NCBI GenBank assembly: GCA_965230305.1
Contig: OZ245998.1
Span: forward strand, 808,132 to 872,131
From: Phycisphaeraceae bacterium
GTDB lineage: Bacteria > Planctomycetota > Phycisphaerae > Phycisphaerales > Phycisphaeraceae
Length of the DNA: 64,000 nucleotides
Direction of reading: 5' to 3'
Part shown: piece by piece, positions 63,666 to 64,000 of the stretch
Layout: each line of letters starts with the position of its first letter
Position numbering within the stretch: position 1 is the first letter of the stretch
Notes under the pieces: generated by a model
Told to the model about the DNA's origin: nothing
The model's input: the letters and a program-made list of their open reading frames with translations, nothing else
Database searches by the model: none
Position numbers and translations under genes: made by a program

Positions 63666-64000
63666 TTACCGCGACTCGACCAGTTCGTCGTCCCAGCTGC
63701 CGTCTAAGAAGCCCTGCAGCTTGCGGGCGCGGACGGGGTGTTGCAGCTTGCGGATGGCCTTGGCCTCGACCTGACGGACGCGTTCGCGGGTAACCTTGAA
63801 GATTCGGCCGACCTCTTCGAGGGTGTACGTGTACCCGTCGCCGATGCCGTAGCGGAGCTTGATGATCTCGCGTTCACGGTAGGTCAGGGTCTTGAGCACC
63901 TGCTCGATCCGTCCCTTGAGCATGTCGCCGGTCGCCGACTCGGTCGGGTTCTCTGCCCGCTCGTCCTCGATAAAGTCGCCGAAGTAGCTGTCCTCGCTCT
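63666..64000 (-). CDS. RNA polymerase sigma-70 family factor, primary-like (C-terminal regions 3/4 only; 5' part outside window)
   Basis: Region 4.2 YTLEEVGRIFKVTRERVRQVEAKAIRKLQHPVRARKLQGFLD. The frame stays open to the window edge (..EDSYFGDFIEDERAENPTESATGDMLKGRIEQVL). Confidence 0.85.
   Translation of the reverse strand, partial: SEDSYFGDFIEDERAENPTESATGDMLKGRIEQVLKTLTYREREIIKLRYGIGDGYTYTLEEVGRIFKVTRERVRQVEAKAIRKLQHPVRARKLQGFLDGSWDDELVESR

Noticed and set aside
1-64000. Looked for rRNA, tRNA (T-loop GGTTCGAATCC-like strings), CRISPR-type regularly spaced repeats, IS/transposase or integrase ORFs, and phage genes.
   Set aside because: None recognised by eye. A tRNAscan, Infernal or CRISPR-finder run is needed for a definitive negative, especially in the non-coding stretches 6222..6772, 16450..16733, 27485..28141 and 49031..49293.

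Overview
High-GC bacterial chromosomal window with about 60 supportable protein-coding genes. Gene content (DUF1573, Zn-ribbon membrane proteins, a sulfotransferase, T2SS plus flagella) suggests a Planctomycetota/PVC-type genome, but that is only a guess. I recognised no rRNA, tRNA, CRISPR array or transposase by eye.

Layout:
- 1-6.2 kb: scpA (5'-truncated), an OprO/P-like porin, a YjfB-like motility peptide, a HAL2-type PAP phosphatase, a Zn-ribbon membrane protein, and a DUF1573-rhodanese-MauE operon.
- 6.2-16.4 kb (- strand): the most unusual region, a polymorphic-toxin locus. It runs TM coiled-coil ORF, then RHS/YD-repeat protein A (1320 aa, no core end, no toxin tip), then a hairpin-containing 109-nt spacer, then RHS protein B (1451 aa). 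B has its own signal peptide, two lectin-like modules, an RHS core end (DPYGL) and a matrixin-like metzincin tip. A small membrane-anchored candidate immunity ORF and a degraded second copy of the RHS core end follow. The outer ends of the locus are visibly AT-richer than the repeat core.
- 16.7-27.5 kb (+ strand): a complete, translationally coupled type II secretion operon (D-E-F-G-H-I-J-K-C-L-M plus a TPR lipoprotein). It diverges from the RHS operon across 284 nt.
- 28-36 kb: dnaB, a FixJ/NarL-type response regulator, leuS, a second Zn-ribbon membrane protein, an AT-richer DNase I-like EEP gene, trpG/pabA and a sulfotransferase.
- 37-49 kb (- strand): a late flagellar cluster, flgF-flgG-flgA-flgH-flgI-rod-binding-flgN-like-flgK-flgL-fliW-csrA-fliC.
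- 49-64 kb: M42-like peptidase, ABC ATPase, purE, a ybjQ-ybjQ-prsW module separating purE from purK, an MFS-like transporter, MBL hydrolase, MazG, a secreted GH2 with a discoidin domain, TetR with a perfect operator-like palindrome, dxs, ispA and the 3' end of a primary-type sigma factor.

Many long ORFs in the six-frame track lie antisense to well-supported genes. I treat them as high-GC artefacts.
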